64,000 nucleotides of DNA from Octopus vulgaris. Its lineage: Eukaryota. Where the stretch lies: the NCBI GenBank assembly GCA_951406725.2, contig OX597814.1:175460001-175524000 (forward strand), read 5' to 3'. Under the pieces are notes generated by a model. It ran no database searches. It was not told the DNA's origin and was given only the letters and a program-made list of their open reading frames with translations. The position numbers and the translations under genes are program-made. Shown here piece by piece: positions 1 through 13,180 of the stretch (position 1 is its first letter; the number at the start of each line of letters is the position of its first letter).

Positions 1-175
1 CTGTTTGTACAAAACAAACAGATGTATTAGTATAACGCTCAGGAATTGAAAAAGCCTTTTACGTTTCGAGCCTACGCTCTTCTACAGAAAGGGACACAGA
101 AAATTACAATAGAGAAAAAAATGTGTGTAGTGGCTACCGATCTATCATGGGGACTGCCGGACAGAAGGGTCACAT
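1..175 (-). mobile_element. Penelope-like/non-autonomous terminal repeat fragment with a hammerhead-shaped motif (55-93)
   Basis: The reverse strand reads ccttt-CTGTAGA-a-gagc gtag gctc-GAAA-cg-TA-aaagg. The same repeat occurs on + at about 17830-17970 and, more diverged, at about 35700-35830. Confidence 0.55.
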
Positions 176-234
176 GCGTGTGCGTGTGCGTGAGCGTGTG
201 CGTGTGTGTGTGTGTGTATGTGTATACTAGAGGT

Positions 235-269
<35 letters not shown>

Positions 270-272
270 TTA

Positions 273-420
273 TATCCCCGTCACTTAGCGGTTCGGCAAA
301 AGTCACCGATAGAATAAGTACTAGGCTTACAAAGACTAAGTCCTGGGGTTGATTTGTTCGACTAAAGGCGATGTTCCAGCATGTCCGCAGTCAAATGACT
401 GAAACAAATAAAAGAAAAAT
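273..420 (+). mobile_element. 3' half of CORE-type tRNA-derived SINE (family B)
   Basis: Matches the reverse complement of the 3' half of the full copy at 40781-41220 (ttagcggttcggcaaaa...gactgaaacaaataaaaga). Confidence 0.8.
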
Positions 421-603
421 AAATAGACGCACTATATAGTCGTCCTTCACTCGTTTATTACTGTTCTTATTCTAACTCATGCCCATTGTCATCTGTGAAC
501 CCTTCAGCGACACTCTCTGTCCTCGTGTGTGCTCCTCCTCTGCTTAATCCATTCTGTTCTTCTGTGATGTGTATCCGTAAATGTGCATGCGTTTGCGCCT
601 ATA

Positions 604-642
<39 letters not shown>

Positions 643-1638
643 ATGCGTGCGTGTGTGTGCATACCCATATCTATGTTTCGCATATGTCTTGTCTGTATAT
701 ATGGGTTTATACCCGCTATATTGATGTCATCCTTATCGTCGTTATTCTCTGACCTTCCCTCACACCCGTTCCCTCCTCCTTTACCTTTGCTGCTGCCTTT
801 GACTCCGTCCCCTGACCCTGTCTTTTGTAACCGTCCCTGTATCTCTCTGTGTTTGTGTGTTCGCCCACGCTGCTGCCTTCGTGGTAGTTGTTGTTGTTGT
901 TACCGTTATTGCTGTTGTTGTTGTTGATTACATTATTAATGTTGTTGCGGCCGTTTGTGAAGTTACTGTATATGTGTTTGTGTGTTTATGTGAGTTCGCT
1001 AATTATGTTGTTTGTATCCGCGCGCTTTATACAAATTTTTGGTTTTTTGTTTGTTTACCTATTTATCTCTATTTCTTATATTTCTCAGAGATATGTGCAC
1101 ATTTGTCTATTGTGTGTGTATTACACTGTTTATATCTGTTTTTTTTCCTTCTCACTTCTGTCTTTAGTCGTCATGTTGCGTGGTGTAGTGGTGGTGTTGG
1201 TGGTGGGTGTTATTGTTCCATTCGTGCTTTCTGTCGAGGCTCGGTCTGTCTATTGCTATGTGTGTAGCCTCTGAAATATGTCTGAGCGTCGTGTCAGTTC
1301 TATGTATTGATAATACTTTAACCTCTATGTTATTAACCGAGCCTCTATGTTCTGCTTGAGCATTCTGGTAGAGTACTGACGAGCCTTTCTCCTCTTTCTG
1401 TTCCCGCCAGTATCGCCTATACTCTCCTCTATACTGCGTGCTGTCTCTCCAGTGTAAGTAGTTGTCTTGTTTCTGCACCACCCGTCAGTACACCATAAGC
1501 TATATATTATATGCCTAACCTCACAGTTAACCTGTAGGTTCATCCTAGATACTATACATTGTCGGAAAATGGACATGAGCTAAAATAAGAACAGTAATAA
1601 ACGAGTGAAGAATGGATATATAGTGCGTGTGTTTATTT
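417..1638. mobile_element. Approx. 1.2-kb non-coding element bounded by approx. 70-bp inverted repeats
   Basis: 417-487 (cgcactatatagtcgtccttcactcgtttattactgttcttattctaactcatg) is a near reverse complement of 1568-1638. The interior is low-complexity. Confidence 0.55.
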
Positions 1639-1664
1639 GGCAAAAAATATAACCATCCCGAAAT

Positions 1665-1753
<89 letters not shown>

Positions 1754-2519
1754 CGTGTATGTGTGAGTGTGACTAAACCATCAAGTGATATGTTATAGAT
1801 TATGGCAGAATGTTACCATCGGTTTCACACCGACATCTTCAGACATGATGACCGGTAGAGTCGTCAATTTTGTGCAATTTTTGTTTTGCAGTTGGAAATT
1901 TTACAGATCTAATTATGTGTATGTATGGGAAATATTGTCAATTAGATGGATTCAATTTTTACATGTTATCTCTTAGTCTGTGAATATGGTATTGTTCCAG
2001 GGCAGTAAATCGAGAGAAATGGTGGAGTACACCTGAGCACTGTATACAATAAACTCGTTATTACTATCCTACTAAAATAGCTCGTTCAGCTTATAGTGAT
2101 AGTTTCATGATGATTGAAATATTTCTGGGCTGCATCTTCTATTTCATTGTTGTCGAGTGACTGACATACTTTCTATGTATAGAAAATTGATTTTAATTCA
2201 TTATGGACCATTTATAGCATTTGGTTTTGTGTCCAGTATAAGGTTAAGATGATGATGATGATGGTAGTGGTAGTGATGGAGATAATGATGGTGGAGATGA
2301 CGCTGCAGCTGTCGTTGTTGCTCGTGTCATTCTTGTTTGTGATGTGTTTGTTGTTGCTGTTGCGAGAGAAATGGCAGCAAAATGGTGGAATCCTTGAAGC
2401 ATTAAGAAAAAAAAATGTTTTGCAATATTTTTTACTCTTTACAAACCAAGTGCAAATTTCACTGACGTCAACTTTTTTTTTCATCCTTCGGCGTGGAAAC
2501 GACATTTCGTTCGTTTTTA

Positions 2520-2662
2520 CGCTCCGAGTTCAAATTCTGACGTGGTCGACCTTGCCTTTCATCCTTTCAGAATCGATAAAATAAGTACCAGTTGAACACT
2601 GAGGTCGATGTAATGGACCTACTGCTTCCCTGAAATTGTTGGCCTTGTGCCAAAATTTGAAA
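2520..2662 (+). mobile_element. Diverged SINE family A copy (older subfamily)
   Basis: Has the core gagttcaaattc...gtcgaccttgcctttcatcctttc...gataaaataagtaccagtt shared with 8947-9178. Confidence 0.75.
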
Positions 2663-2737
2663 CGAATCTGATATATTCTGTAGTACATTGTACAGCCGAA
2701 AGAAAATATACAGACATATGCATACATACGTAATATA

Positions 2738-3226
2738 CAGAGTGCGGTGAATAAACTGTTGTCTAAATTACGCAAAAATTAAAATAACACTGACATCTCA
2801 ATTTAACATATATATTTATCAAAATTACATAAAAATATCTCGAAATACTAAAGAGTAAATTTATTGTATAAAATTGCCATTGGCTTCAACCACAGCCTCC
2901 AGACGACTTCGCAATCTCTTGCAACTCTTCTGGACGGTTTCCTTGTTTAAATTGGTGAATGCTACCATAATTCTTGCCTTCAGTTCATCTTTGGTGTTAC
3001 AAGGAGTTTTGTTGGTCTTTCATTCAACTACGCCCCACACATCATAATCGAGTGAGTTGCAGTCTAGGGAGTTAGGTGGTCCGATGTTAGGGGTGACGTG
3101 GTCGTAGAAATTTTCTGACAGCCATGACTGGGTTCTTTTGCTTGTGTGGCATGGTACAGAGTCCTGTTGCCAGACATAGGTTTCTTCCAACAGCCACCCT
3201 CTTGACCCAGAGCAGCACCACCGTCC
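2738..3226 (-). mobile_element. Tc1/mariner superfamily DD37D (maT-type) transposon 3' remnant
   Basis: The minus-strand peptide VWQQDSVPCHTSKRTQSWLSENF...PPNSLDCNSLDYDVWGVVE has 37 residues between the second and third catalytic Asp. The C-terminus continues as RSRLEAVVEANG. A putative TIR cagagtgcggtgaataaa follows a TA at 2736-2737. Confidence 0.85.
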
Positions 3227-3394
3227 CCATTTTTTAGGAAGGTAGCCACAAGAAGACACACACCAGGCATTCCATTTATTTCTCAGCTCAAAGAGGTGAG
3301 CCCCGTTCTTTGCTCGGATCAAAGCATAGAACGCAACTCTCAATATCATCAGCGGAGCCCGACAACATATGTTGGTTCACCCCTGCCGCAGCAT

Positions 3395-3680
3395 GATAGT
3401 TTCACTCTTCCAAACCCTACAACCAGTCTCCTCAGTTGCTCTTCCGAATCCGCCACCAGTGCTATATCATCAGTAAACAACAACTGATTCACCTGCCATT
3501 TCTCCTCATTTTCTCCCACCATTTGGGTTCCCCTACCAAAGGTTCTATCATTTTCCTGTCTCACGACATCATCCATATATAAACTAAACAGCCACGGAGG
3601 CCTCACACAACCCTATCTTAACCCCATCTTCACATCAGACCATTCACTTCACAACCACCCTAACTCACGCCCTACTTTCT
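3395..3680 (-). mobile_element. RTE-clade LINE reverse transcriptase fragment
   Basis: GLR*GCV..PWLFSLYMD...QLLFTDDIALVADSEEQLRRLV corresponds to the RT QG and (Y/F)ADD motifs of RTE-type LINEs. Confidence 0.8.
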
Positions 3681-3932
3681 CTATAATATATATATAGCTT
3701 ATGACGAAACCATGGTATGCTTTGCTTTCTGACTCTTTAATCATCTCATAATAATGACTTTTATGACTTTCATTACTACCTCAGTCCATCTAAATGTATA
3801 TATCTGTCGTTACCTTTCATAAAAAGCCTTTTCATTTTTTAAATTTACAATGTGCATTTTCGTTGATTTTTCTTATTTTCCCCTTACATTTCCACGTGTA
3901 TTTTACATTTTCTTTTTGTAACATATTTCTAC

Positions 3933-3963
<31 letters not shown>

Positions 3964-4819
3964 CCCCTATTCTCCTTTGGGACGCCTCGACTTTTAGGCA
4001 ATTACAGCAGCAGCAGCAGATTTTATTTGTGGTTTTCTGCCATGTTTTTTAATGGACGTGTTCTTTATCTTAAATTAGAACAAACAAACATATAGAAAGA
4101 AATCGGTGACGAAGACGGACAAACTCTCACAGAGGAAGATTTATAAAGATATACATACAAATCTGCACACAAACACATGTTTATATAAGCATATAAATAT
4201 GTATATTTTGGTGTGTATATATAGGCTTATATATTCGTCCTTAAATGAAGGTAAAATGTTTATTTTATGAAGGCCTTTGGCCATATACGGTTTTTGGTGA
4301 AACACTGACGTTGGATGGAATGTGTAGGATGATTCTCCTCTACGCTAGTGTACAATTCTTTAGTCAATTAGTGTAGCGTAAATATCGATTATCTTTCATC
4401 CTTTGGAGGAAACGAAAATGAAACATCTCGGTAACCACTTGGGATTAGGAAAAACGTCTAGTGAGTGACTGAAGTGATATAACTCTGCTCTTTAACTAGA
4501 AACCACACACACACACACGTACACAGACACATATGCACACACATATACACGCATATATATTTACTTTGCTCTTTAAGTAGAAACTATATATATATATACT
4601 TCCTTTAAACTTACGTATACTTATGCGTGTGTAAAATTATGTATTTATGTACATATACATATGGATGTGTGATTGTATGTTTATATATATACACACATAT
4701 ATAATACCTGACTTTCTGAAGTTTCAAGTACTTTATGCTCTTTATTTTGTATCTGTGAGTTTTATTCTCATGAACAAGGACATAGTATGCATATATGTAT
4801 GTACGTACGTAAGTGTATG

Positions 4820-4892
<73 letters not shown>

Positions 4893-5329
4893 GTGTATAC
4901 ACATTTGTATTCATACCTACATATGTGTACGTGCATAAATACATGTAGATATGCAGCAGCATTCTCTACATACTCATATACAGGCACATGTTCATACACA
5001 TACGTCTTTATATACGTACGTACCCACCTACATTCATATCTACCTACACACACACGTGTGTGTGTATGGGGAGCGTATGTATGTACACATACATATTGAC
5101 ACATTTCTATATATATGCAAATGCATTATATACACATACACACTTTTATGCGTTTATAAATTTAGCAACGTAGGGAGACAGTTTGTGGAAATTATTGTAA
5201 AAGTGCAATATATGTACCTATAAATTTGCTTTTGTTTTTAATTATTCGAATTATTTCCACACAGAGAGAGCTGTTTTTAAGATAGGAATAAAACCCAATC
5301 TAGAAATTTAAATCCTAACGGTGAGAATG

Positions 5330-6775
5330 TTTAGATGCTGAACTATAGTAGAGTCTTGCATATTTTTACGGTTCCATTTATAGATTTTATTTGCGAAGTA
5401 TTTGTTAGCTTCTCATATATTTGGTTGAATGCTCCAGCGTTTCAAAATTGTTGCTTAGATGTTTATCTAAATGTTTATCAACATAACCAAACATTCTTAT
5501 AGTTTAGACATCAAACACTGTATGTTTGAGTTTACAATCTGGATAGTGCAGACGCAGATTTCGTAAATATTCTCTTTGTCACCGATTTTGAAATAAAAAA
5601 ATTCCTCTGCTGATTAGTTGATCGCAATAACTGTACATAAAGGTTTCTTTTCTGTTCCATATAACAATATCAAGTTGCTATGTTTAAATTTGGCGAAATT
5701 TTGACGGATATATTCCACCAATAATTCTTGCACGTGAAACGTTTGCATATCCTAAAAAAGAGAAATATTTTCTATTCCTGAGTAGTCTTTTATACCCTTG
5801 TTTACCAACAGCATCAAGTTGTATTTGAAGATCGTATCTTAATGACATTTATGTTGCTAATGATCTCACGTACAATATCATCCACCGACATGTTGTATAA
5901 TCAACATTTTCAGTTGTATCTCTCAGATTTGAGGGATTCGCTGTTTCTTTTATTCTTTACGTATTCTGTTAGCTTTCACTTGCTTTTGAATCGCAAATGA
6001 GGTATGATGTAACTGTTATGACTCCTAGAGTGGTTACATTTCTTGTCGATATTAGTATCATACTCAATTTTACGAAAAGCATACACGTTCTTGGTATGAA
6101 GATTTCCACTTCTAAGTATTTTTCGAGGTAAGCTATTTTAGTAATTCTGCGATAGTATGGAATGTCATTAGAAAAAGAATACTTCTTGAGGAGTTCACTT
6201 CCGACACAAAGGGTGTTGATCTCTTTAACTTTGAGTACTTGGTTGACATAATTATTTTTGCTGCTGTCAGTTGGCAGATACTGTTTAACTGATACCTATT
6301 TCTTTACAACCCACAAGGGGCTAAACACAGAGGGGACAAACAAGGACAGACAAACGGATTAAGTCGATTACATCGACCCCAGTGCGTAACTGGTACTTAT
6401 TTAATCGATCCCGAAAGGATGAAAGGCAAAGTCGACCTCGGCAGAGTTTGAACTCAGAACGTAGCGGCAGACGAAATACCGCTAAGCATTTCACCCGGCA
6501 TGCTAATGTTTCTGCCAGCTCGCCGCCTTATACTGTTTAACTGATACCATCGATACTCAAAGTCTGTGTAGACTAATATGAACCCCCTTCATTCCTCTTT
6601 TCTTTTCTAAAACCGAGCCTTTGATTTTCTGTGGACCTGCAAACTCCATGCAGGTTTTAATATCTACGGAGCAAATTTCTTCTACTGGAACTGGTACTGA
6701 TTCTACAAATGCATTGTGGGATATTGTCTTGTAAAAAGAAAACTCCAATTGCCATATTTTCTCAAGCCTCAAATG
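5330..6775 (-). mobile_element. Decayed RLE-type (R4/Dong-like) non-LTR retrotransposon, 3' portion
   Basis: Minus-strand translation with stops and frameshifts gives LDIVIWNRKKPLCTVI, KIGDKENIY and the C-terminal GTVKICKTLL, resembling restriction-like endonuclease LINE ends. A SINE interrupts it at 6297-6529. Confidence 0.6.
6297..6529 (-). mobile_element. Full-length SINE family A with 19-bp TSD
   Basis: Head aaggcggcgagctggcagaaac, B-box-like gagttcaaac, tail aaagaaata. The TSD atactgtttaactgatacc is at 6278-6296 and 6530-6548. Confidence 0.92.
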
Positions 6776-7558
6776 ATATTATTTAGGCGCACTATACATG
6801 TGTTTCTCTAGCTTTATTTTTAAATCTTCGAAACAATACCAAAAGAATTGGTTTCCATCTCATAAAGAGGGCTCTGTCTTTGGAATTCAGACATCAGCAA
6901 AGTAGCCATGAATGCATGCATGCATATCATTGCCGTGTGAATCTCCAAGATTTTACTTATCTATGTGTACACGTACACACCAGTACGCACACACACAAAC
7001 ACAGTTACACATATGGAATATTTGACATATTTCTTATACTTTCATCAATAGCCTGTGATTATAGTTATCTAATTGATCGCATTCTGCCCATTTTGTGAAG
7101 ATCAGCTTTTCAAGATTACCAAATGTGTGATTATGTATGTATGTATGTATGTATGTATGTATGTATTTATGTATATCGTATGGAAGAATATAAGACTGAC
7201 GACTGGGATTTAATAGTAAAGGTTACAACACTATGGTATAAATAAATATATCATATGATGTTTATCTGGAGCAATGCTCTGGATATGTTATCACAGCAAC
7301 GCTTAACGTATGGTAATCAAGTATATTATGTATGATTCACACACACACACACAAACACAAACACACGCACACACACATGTATTCATAACGACTTTATATT
7401 GACACGTTTGTGTGTGTGTGTGTGTGTGTGTATGCGTGTGTACGCGCCACATGGACACAAACACAATTATATTTATAGATATATGTAGGAACACTTATAT
7501 ATGTATATACATAAATATACTTATGTGCATATTTTAACGTATGTGGTTATTCGTGTAC

Positions 7559-7815
<257 letters not shown>

Positions 7816-8114
7816 CATGTATGTACACATATATAAAATATTCATGTAAACACACCTCATACACACACAGACACGTATCTTCCGGTCTTGAACTTCAATG
7901 ATGAAATAGAGTAGACATATTAAAAGCTTACAATAAATTTTATGGATAGAAAATATATCTTGTTCTTTATGGCATGTCTACACGATAAAACGGTTTAAAT
8001 TTCCTGTTTTCTGTCAGGATATGTTTTAGAACATTGATATAATATGATAAAAACCGAAAAATTATTCAAAGATCGGTAGTTAAAATCATTGCATTTCGAG
8101 GAAAGAAAAAAATA

Positions 8115-8524
8115 TGTTGCTGCTGCTGCTGCTGTTGTTGTTGCTGTTGAGATGTCGAGCGAAAGGTCTTCGTCCCAGAGCTCGCAAGATGGGAGAAGTC
8201 TGAAACATGGTCTTTTGATATTCGTAAGACCCGCAGAAGAGAAAGCAGGTCAACTCCTGACACCGAGAGCATCGACGGATGGATGAATGTGCATCCAGGT
8301 TCAGCGGTTTCGTAGGAAGTCGGGGATAAGAAACAGGAAGAAAGAGTGAGAGAAAGTTGGAGCGAAAGAGTACAACAGGGGTCGCCATCACCCCCTGCCG
8401 GAGCCTCGTGGAGCTTTAGGTGGTTTCGCTCAATAAACACACACAACACCCGGTCTGGGAATGGAAACTGCGATCCTCTGACCGCGAGTCCCCTGCCCTA
8501 ACCATTGGGCCATTGCGCATCCAC
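8115..8524 (-). mobile_element. tRNA-derived SINE (family C) with (CAA/CAG)n tail
   Basis: The minus-strand head gcgcaatggcccaatggttagggc...gtttccattccc has A-box and B-box-like motifs. The body ends in caacagcaacaacaacagcagcag. Confidence 0.7.
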
Positions 8525-8946
8525 TTGCTGCTGCTGTTTCGTTTCAGATTATCTCTGATGAAGCAAACCTTATGAGCAACCCTGCAGCTTGTTTTTCGGA
8601 TGTGGATTAAAATTTTAAGTGTTTGATTCTTATTTGAAAAGGTACAGAAGGACTTGAAGGTGATTTTGTTACTAATTTTAGCAAGTCGAGCAATCACATC
8701 AAGGTTCACTCGTTGGGTTTGTTCACTGAGGAAATTATAATCATCTAGTAAAGGGGTGGGTGTCAACCATGCACGAATTAACCTGTGAGACGAACTGCAG
8801 GATTTCAGGAAGAGGAAATTAGGAGCAATATTTAAATATGTTTTGTAGGTCAGTGATCTAAATAGGGACAAGATACGCAAACGTGCGGTTCATATCTACT
8901 TCTCAATTTACAGGTTTCTGTTTCTATGTCCAATGATGACTAACAC

Positions 8947-9370
8947 AGGCACCGAGCCGGCAGAAACGTTAGCACGCCGGGCGAAATGCTTAGCAGTATT
9001 TCGTCTGCCGTTACGTTCTGAGTTCAAATTCTGCCGAGGTCGACTTTGCCTTTCATCCTTTCGGGGTCGATAAATTAAGTACCAGTTATACACTGGGGTC
9101 GATATAATCGACTTAATCCCTTTGTCTGTCCTTGTTTGTCCCCTCTATGTTTAGCCCCTTGTGGGCAATAAAGACATAAGAATCGTTAGCACGTGGGACA
9201 AAATGCTTAGCGGCAGGTCTTTCGGTTCTTTTCGTTCGAAGTTCAAATACTACCGAGGTCAACTATGCCTTTTATCCCATGGAGGGTGGGGGTCAATAAA
9301 ATAAAATACCGATCAAATACTGAGGTCAGCGTTATGGACTTGCACCCTCTCACTAAAATTACTGGCCCTG
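8947..9370 (+). mobile_element. SINE family A tandem: young full copy (8947-9178) joined to an older headless copy
   Basis: The complete body and tail run directly into gaatcgttagcacg of a second, more diverged copy. Confidence 0.85.
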
Positions 9371-9980
9371 AACCTTACAACGGATCGACGTCCCATTCAG
9401 GGGAATCTTGTGAACTTGGCCACTTATACGCCTGGAAAATCAACCGACCTTATGAATACCAGGACTATGAGAAAAATGTTTACTAATTTGTTATTAGCTA
9501 TTCTTTGTCAAATTGTTTTCCAATCAATTAGAATGTTATTTTTAGTTATTATGCATTCATAAATTATTCAGTCTTCATAATGGAACATAATAGCGACCAT
9601 TTTATAATGTACTATACAGTAAAGCTGGCATAGTATTCTGACGAGGCTGGAAGTTAAGGGATAAAAGTACCACTAAAGTCAGGTTGAGAGTGCAAGGGTC
9701 GAGCTTTTCACTCCTCTGTACGTCGTGGAGAGAGGGAATGAGTTTACCATTTGTATTTTATAATTCATTGTTATCACAATATTATTTACTTTCTACGTGT
9801 TCCGTATAATTTAAAGTTTTTGATATCCAAATACAAAATGTACTTTTAGTAATATCGGTATGTTTCCGATCGTTGGAAAACTAAGAATCGCAAAATATTA
9901 AAGAAGTAATTTCAGTGGTGTGAGAATCATGATCTCATGCTAAGTGTGACACTTTTATCAATATCACAGAATTTATTGGG

Positions 9981-10325
9981 TCCACCACAGAATCCAGTCC
10001 TCGTTGCGGTGTGTGACTTGTGTGCTTCAATGACTCTGAGAGCTACGTTAGCGGAGTACAAAGTTCCTGATAGGTCCTCCCATGCTGGACAGATCAAAGG
10101 ATAGCGGCCAAATTAATATGGACCAGCTATCTCCAGAAGTAAAAATGGGTTTGTGTAGAGCCAACATACCTACCTAGAGAAAGGTAACGTAAAAGAAACA
10201 TGGATGACAATTCAAAGCTAAAAGGACCTGGTGGAGGAGTAAGCCCAGAGTTGCGAACAGTGCAGAAAAGTCGTCGGTGGTCTATTTTCCAAAGGGAGCA
10301 AAGGGCTCAAGCGAAGTGAAGTGAA
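9981..10325 (+). mobile_element. Short bipartite RTE-derived element (RTE-like 5' UTR fused to RTE-like 3' end)
   Basis: The 5' motif cctcgttgcggtg...cttgtgtgcttcaatgactctgagagcta resembles RTE 5' ends. The 3' end gtcggtggtctattttccaaagggagcaaagggc is followed by a short gaagt tandem tail. Confidence 0.55.
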
Positions 10326-11064
10326 TTTCACCCCACATTGGAAGTGATGAAACAGATTCTATTGTTATACATCTACATTCCTCATACCTCAATCGTAAGC
10401 CTGTGAATACCGTCTTGTTTTTCTTTTCTTAGCATAAAAATTCTACAGTTGAACCATGCCTCTTCCTCACAGTGAAGTTATTTCTATTGTTGCACTGTTA
10501 TTACCACTAACATATCAATGTAGTATAGATAGGCGTACTAGTGGGGCCATATGCTCTGTTCGAGTGAAATGGTTAATTTTACTTTTATTTAGATTGAAAA
10601 ATTGTTGTGAACTTTCATGCCAAGTTTTTTTTGCTGTAAACATTTTCGCTGTAAACACTTGCCCAAGTAATTTTGTCGTAGATATTTTCACCGTAAACAT
10701 TTTTGTGTCAGGTATCTTTGCCGCAATATCTAAAACACAAAAAAATTACCTTGTTTCAATTTACAGTCTAATTCGAAGTCCACTTCTTAGAAACAATGTC
10801 TTGGTTGCCAAATTGAAAGAAAAGAAAAACATTGGGCAATTCGGAATTGTTTGTATAAAAGCAGTGCTTAACGTTTCGGTAGCTAAGCGAGCCGGTTAAA
10901 TTTTGCCAACTCACCATTGAATATAAATATTTATAGATGCTTTTGATTCTGTTGTGAAACTGTGAAACGCGTGTAGGGTGCCTACAGATCATGTCGAAAA
11001 TGCTTTTTACTTGAGTGTTCATCAAAAACACGAGGTGTTACAGATATTAGATTCATATAATGAT

Positions 11065-11245
11065 TTTTGATTTCGGCACAAAGCCTGTAGTTTTGAGGGG
11101 AGGGGTAGTAGTCAATACCATCGATCTTGTATAAGGCAGATCCTTTATTTTATCGACCGTGGAATATTTAAACTTAGAACGTAAAGAGCCAGAACGAATG
11201 CCGCAGAGCGTTTTTTCGACTATCTAACGATTTTTCCTGCCAGCC
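11065..11245 (-). mobile_element. Degenerate SINE family A copy
   Basis: ttttgatttcggcacaaagcc...tttattttatcgacc...aacttagaacgtaaag resembles the older subfamily. Confidence 0.55.
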
Positions 11246-11300
11246 GATTTATTAGATTCATATAATGAACCGAGATCCATAGAGTATTTTAACGACATGG

Positions 11301-11345
11301 CTATGAACATGTTACTATGAACATGTTACTATGAACATATTACTG
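11301..11345 (+). repeat. 14-bp tandem repeat x3
   Basis: (ctatgaacatgtta)3, with the last copy variant. Confidence 0.85.
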
Positions 11346-11699
11346 CATATTTAAGAGATCAAAAGTTTGTTAGAAGATCTCTTCATTCATCCTTGGTGGA
11401 CACTCTTGCGATCCTTACGCATAATTCTGGATGCAGCCTTTCAGTTTATCGATTTTCCAAAATCCATTTCTTTCACTGCAGTGGATTGCACACTGTCTGT
11501 AGACGTGTTGCTTATTTTAAATTTAAGCTGTGGCATTCAGTAAGGTTTATTCACCCCTACAGATATAATTAAAAATAAAGATAAACATGTCTATGTTTTT
11601 ATTTGTGGAAATTCTTGATTTATAAGAATCTTTGACTCATTGTTTTTAAGCAGAATTTTGTGCTAGTCATGGGCGTCAAAAAAAAAGTGAGTGTACGAT

Positions 11700-11972
11700 G
11701 ATTCATATATTCAATATAGATTCATATCTATTATCCTCGAAGGAGAAGAATGATCTTAGTGTGTTATTTATGACAAATATTTGTCGAATGGTTTATTCTA
11801 CGATATCAACAAAATTAAAGCAACGTTTGCCGAATGTTCATCTTCGGTACAAGGACAAACGTTGTTTTGAACATCATGAGAATGGTCTCGAAAAGATGAG
11901 ACTGGATTCAACGGGGTCATTTTAAGAATTAAACCAAAATGCTATTAATGGTTCCTTCTAATGGTGTAGCAC

Positions 11973-12046
<74 letters not shown>

Positions 12047-13180
12047 TGTATAGTTGGAAGAAACATCAATCAAAATTTGTGCTCTGAAAATGGTGAAAAT
12101 TGAATTGGGAAATGTGATGGCAATTTTTCACTATCAAGCGTTATTGTTTAAAGGATATGCATTATGCCCAATGGCAACAAGGAACGAGTAGTGAAAGAAT
12201 CTGCATTATTTGACTTTTATTTTCAATTTATAAAGTTTCAGTAACTTGATGAATTGACTGGTACTCGCAAGATATTCTCTTTCAGGCAAATTTAACGAGG
12301 GCTTTCTCTTTTGTTCTTCTCTCGAAACAATTAACAAACCGAAATATTTTGGAAAGGGATTGGTTTATCGTACATGGAATAAAAAAAATTGCTGTGAGCT
12401 GATGTTCGTGGATGTTGTTTAGACTCCTTAGTGCCTGAGGAGCCATCATCAGACATTGACATCAAAAACACTCCCAGATCCATTAAGGAATTTAAAATGT
12501 GAATTTTGTTTTAAAAAGGATTTCAAGACTTTCCAAACAGTTGTGTATTGAGATAGATGTAGACTATCATTTGCTTATTTCTCATATATTTGCGATGACT
12601 TGCTTAAAAAATATAACAGGACGGGTATTTGAACGTAGAGATGAACTGAAACTATTTTTTGAAGATGGAGTTTTTTGTTTGCCTGAACGATGTGTCATAT
12701 GCTTTGCCTTGATCTTGATACTTTTGGGCATCTGAACAAACTGACCCTTTAGATGTAAGGTTAGAATACAACCTTGAACCAATTCATTGATTCTTTGAAA
12801 GCTTTTATGAGAAAACTGGAAGGGCTGTGTCTGTATAAAAATGTCACAGTGTTTGAGAAACCGTCATCAGTCGATGATGAAGATCAAATGATTTCAAAAT
12901 TGGTGTAAAACAAGCGAACAAACAAAAACGAATTTTGCTGCATTTGACAGCACTATTTCTAGTGAATGAATTCAACAGCTATTTTTAAAAATTAATTGAT
13001 TACTATGCAACAACATATCTTTGTTGCAAATGAAGACTAAGCAACGGAGTTTGAAATCAGAAGTTTGAAAATGATCTGTGCTGTGCTGTTTCAAGCAGCT
13101 TTACGCATGTCGAAGAATTGGTGAAGAAAAGTAAATCACAGGCTTTCCATTGACTGCAGTCTTCTTTTGAATAAAATGAG
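11700..13180 (+). mobile_element. hAT (Buster/Charlie-like) transposase remnant
   Basis: The peptides STKLKQRLPNVHLRYKDK...LEKMRLDSTGSF and SRLSKQLCIEIDVDY...GRVFERRDELKLFF resemble Buster-type transposases. There are many disablements and a (GA)n insertion at about 11975-12042. Confidence 0.65.

Noticed and set aside
46-1274. Overlapping ORFs rich in VCVC, HTHT and poly-V/L
   Set aside because: They are translations of (GT)n, (CA)n and (GTT)n repeats. The same applies to the many YIYI, MYVC and poly-I ORFs across the window.
9636-9680. CTGACGAG hammerhead-like heptamer (also CTGATGA at about 42351)
   Set aside because: There is no stem II followed by GAAA and no stem I partner, so these are chance matches.
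10456-10899. 147-aa ORF
   Set aside because: It spans the degenerate 15-bp repeats and shows no known motif.
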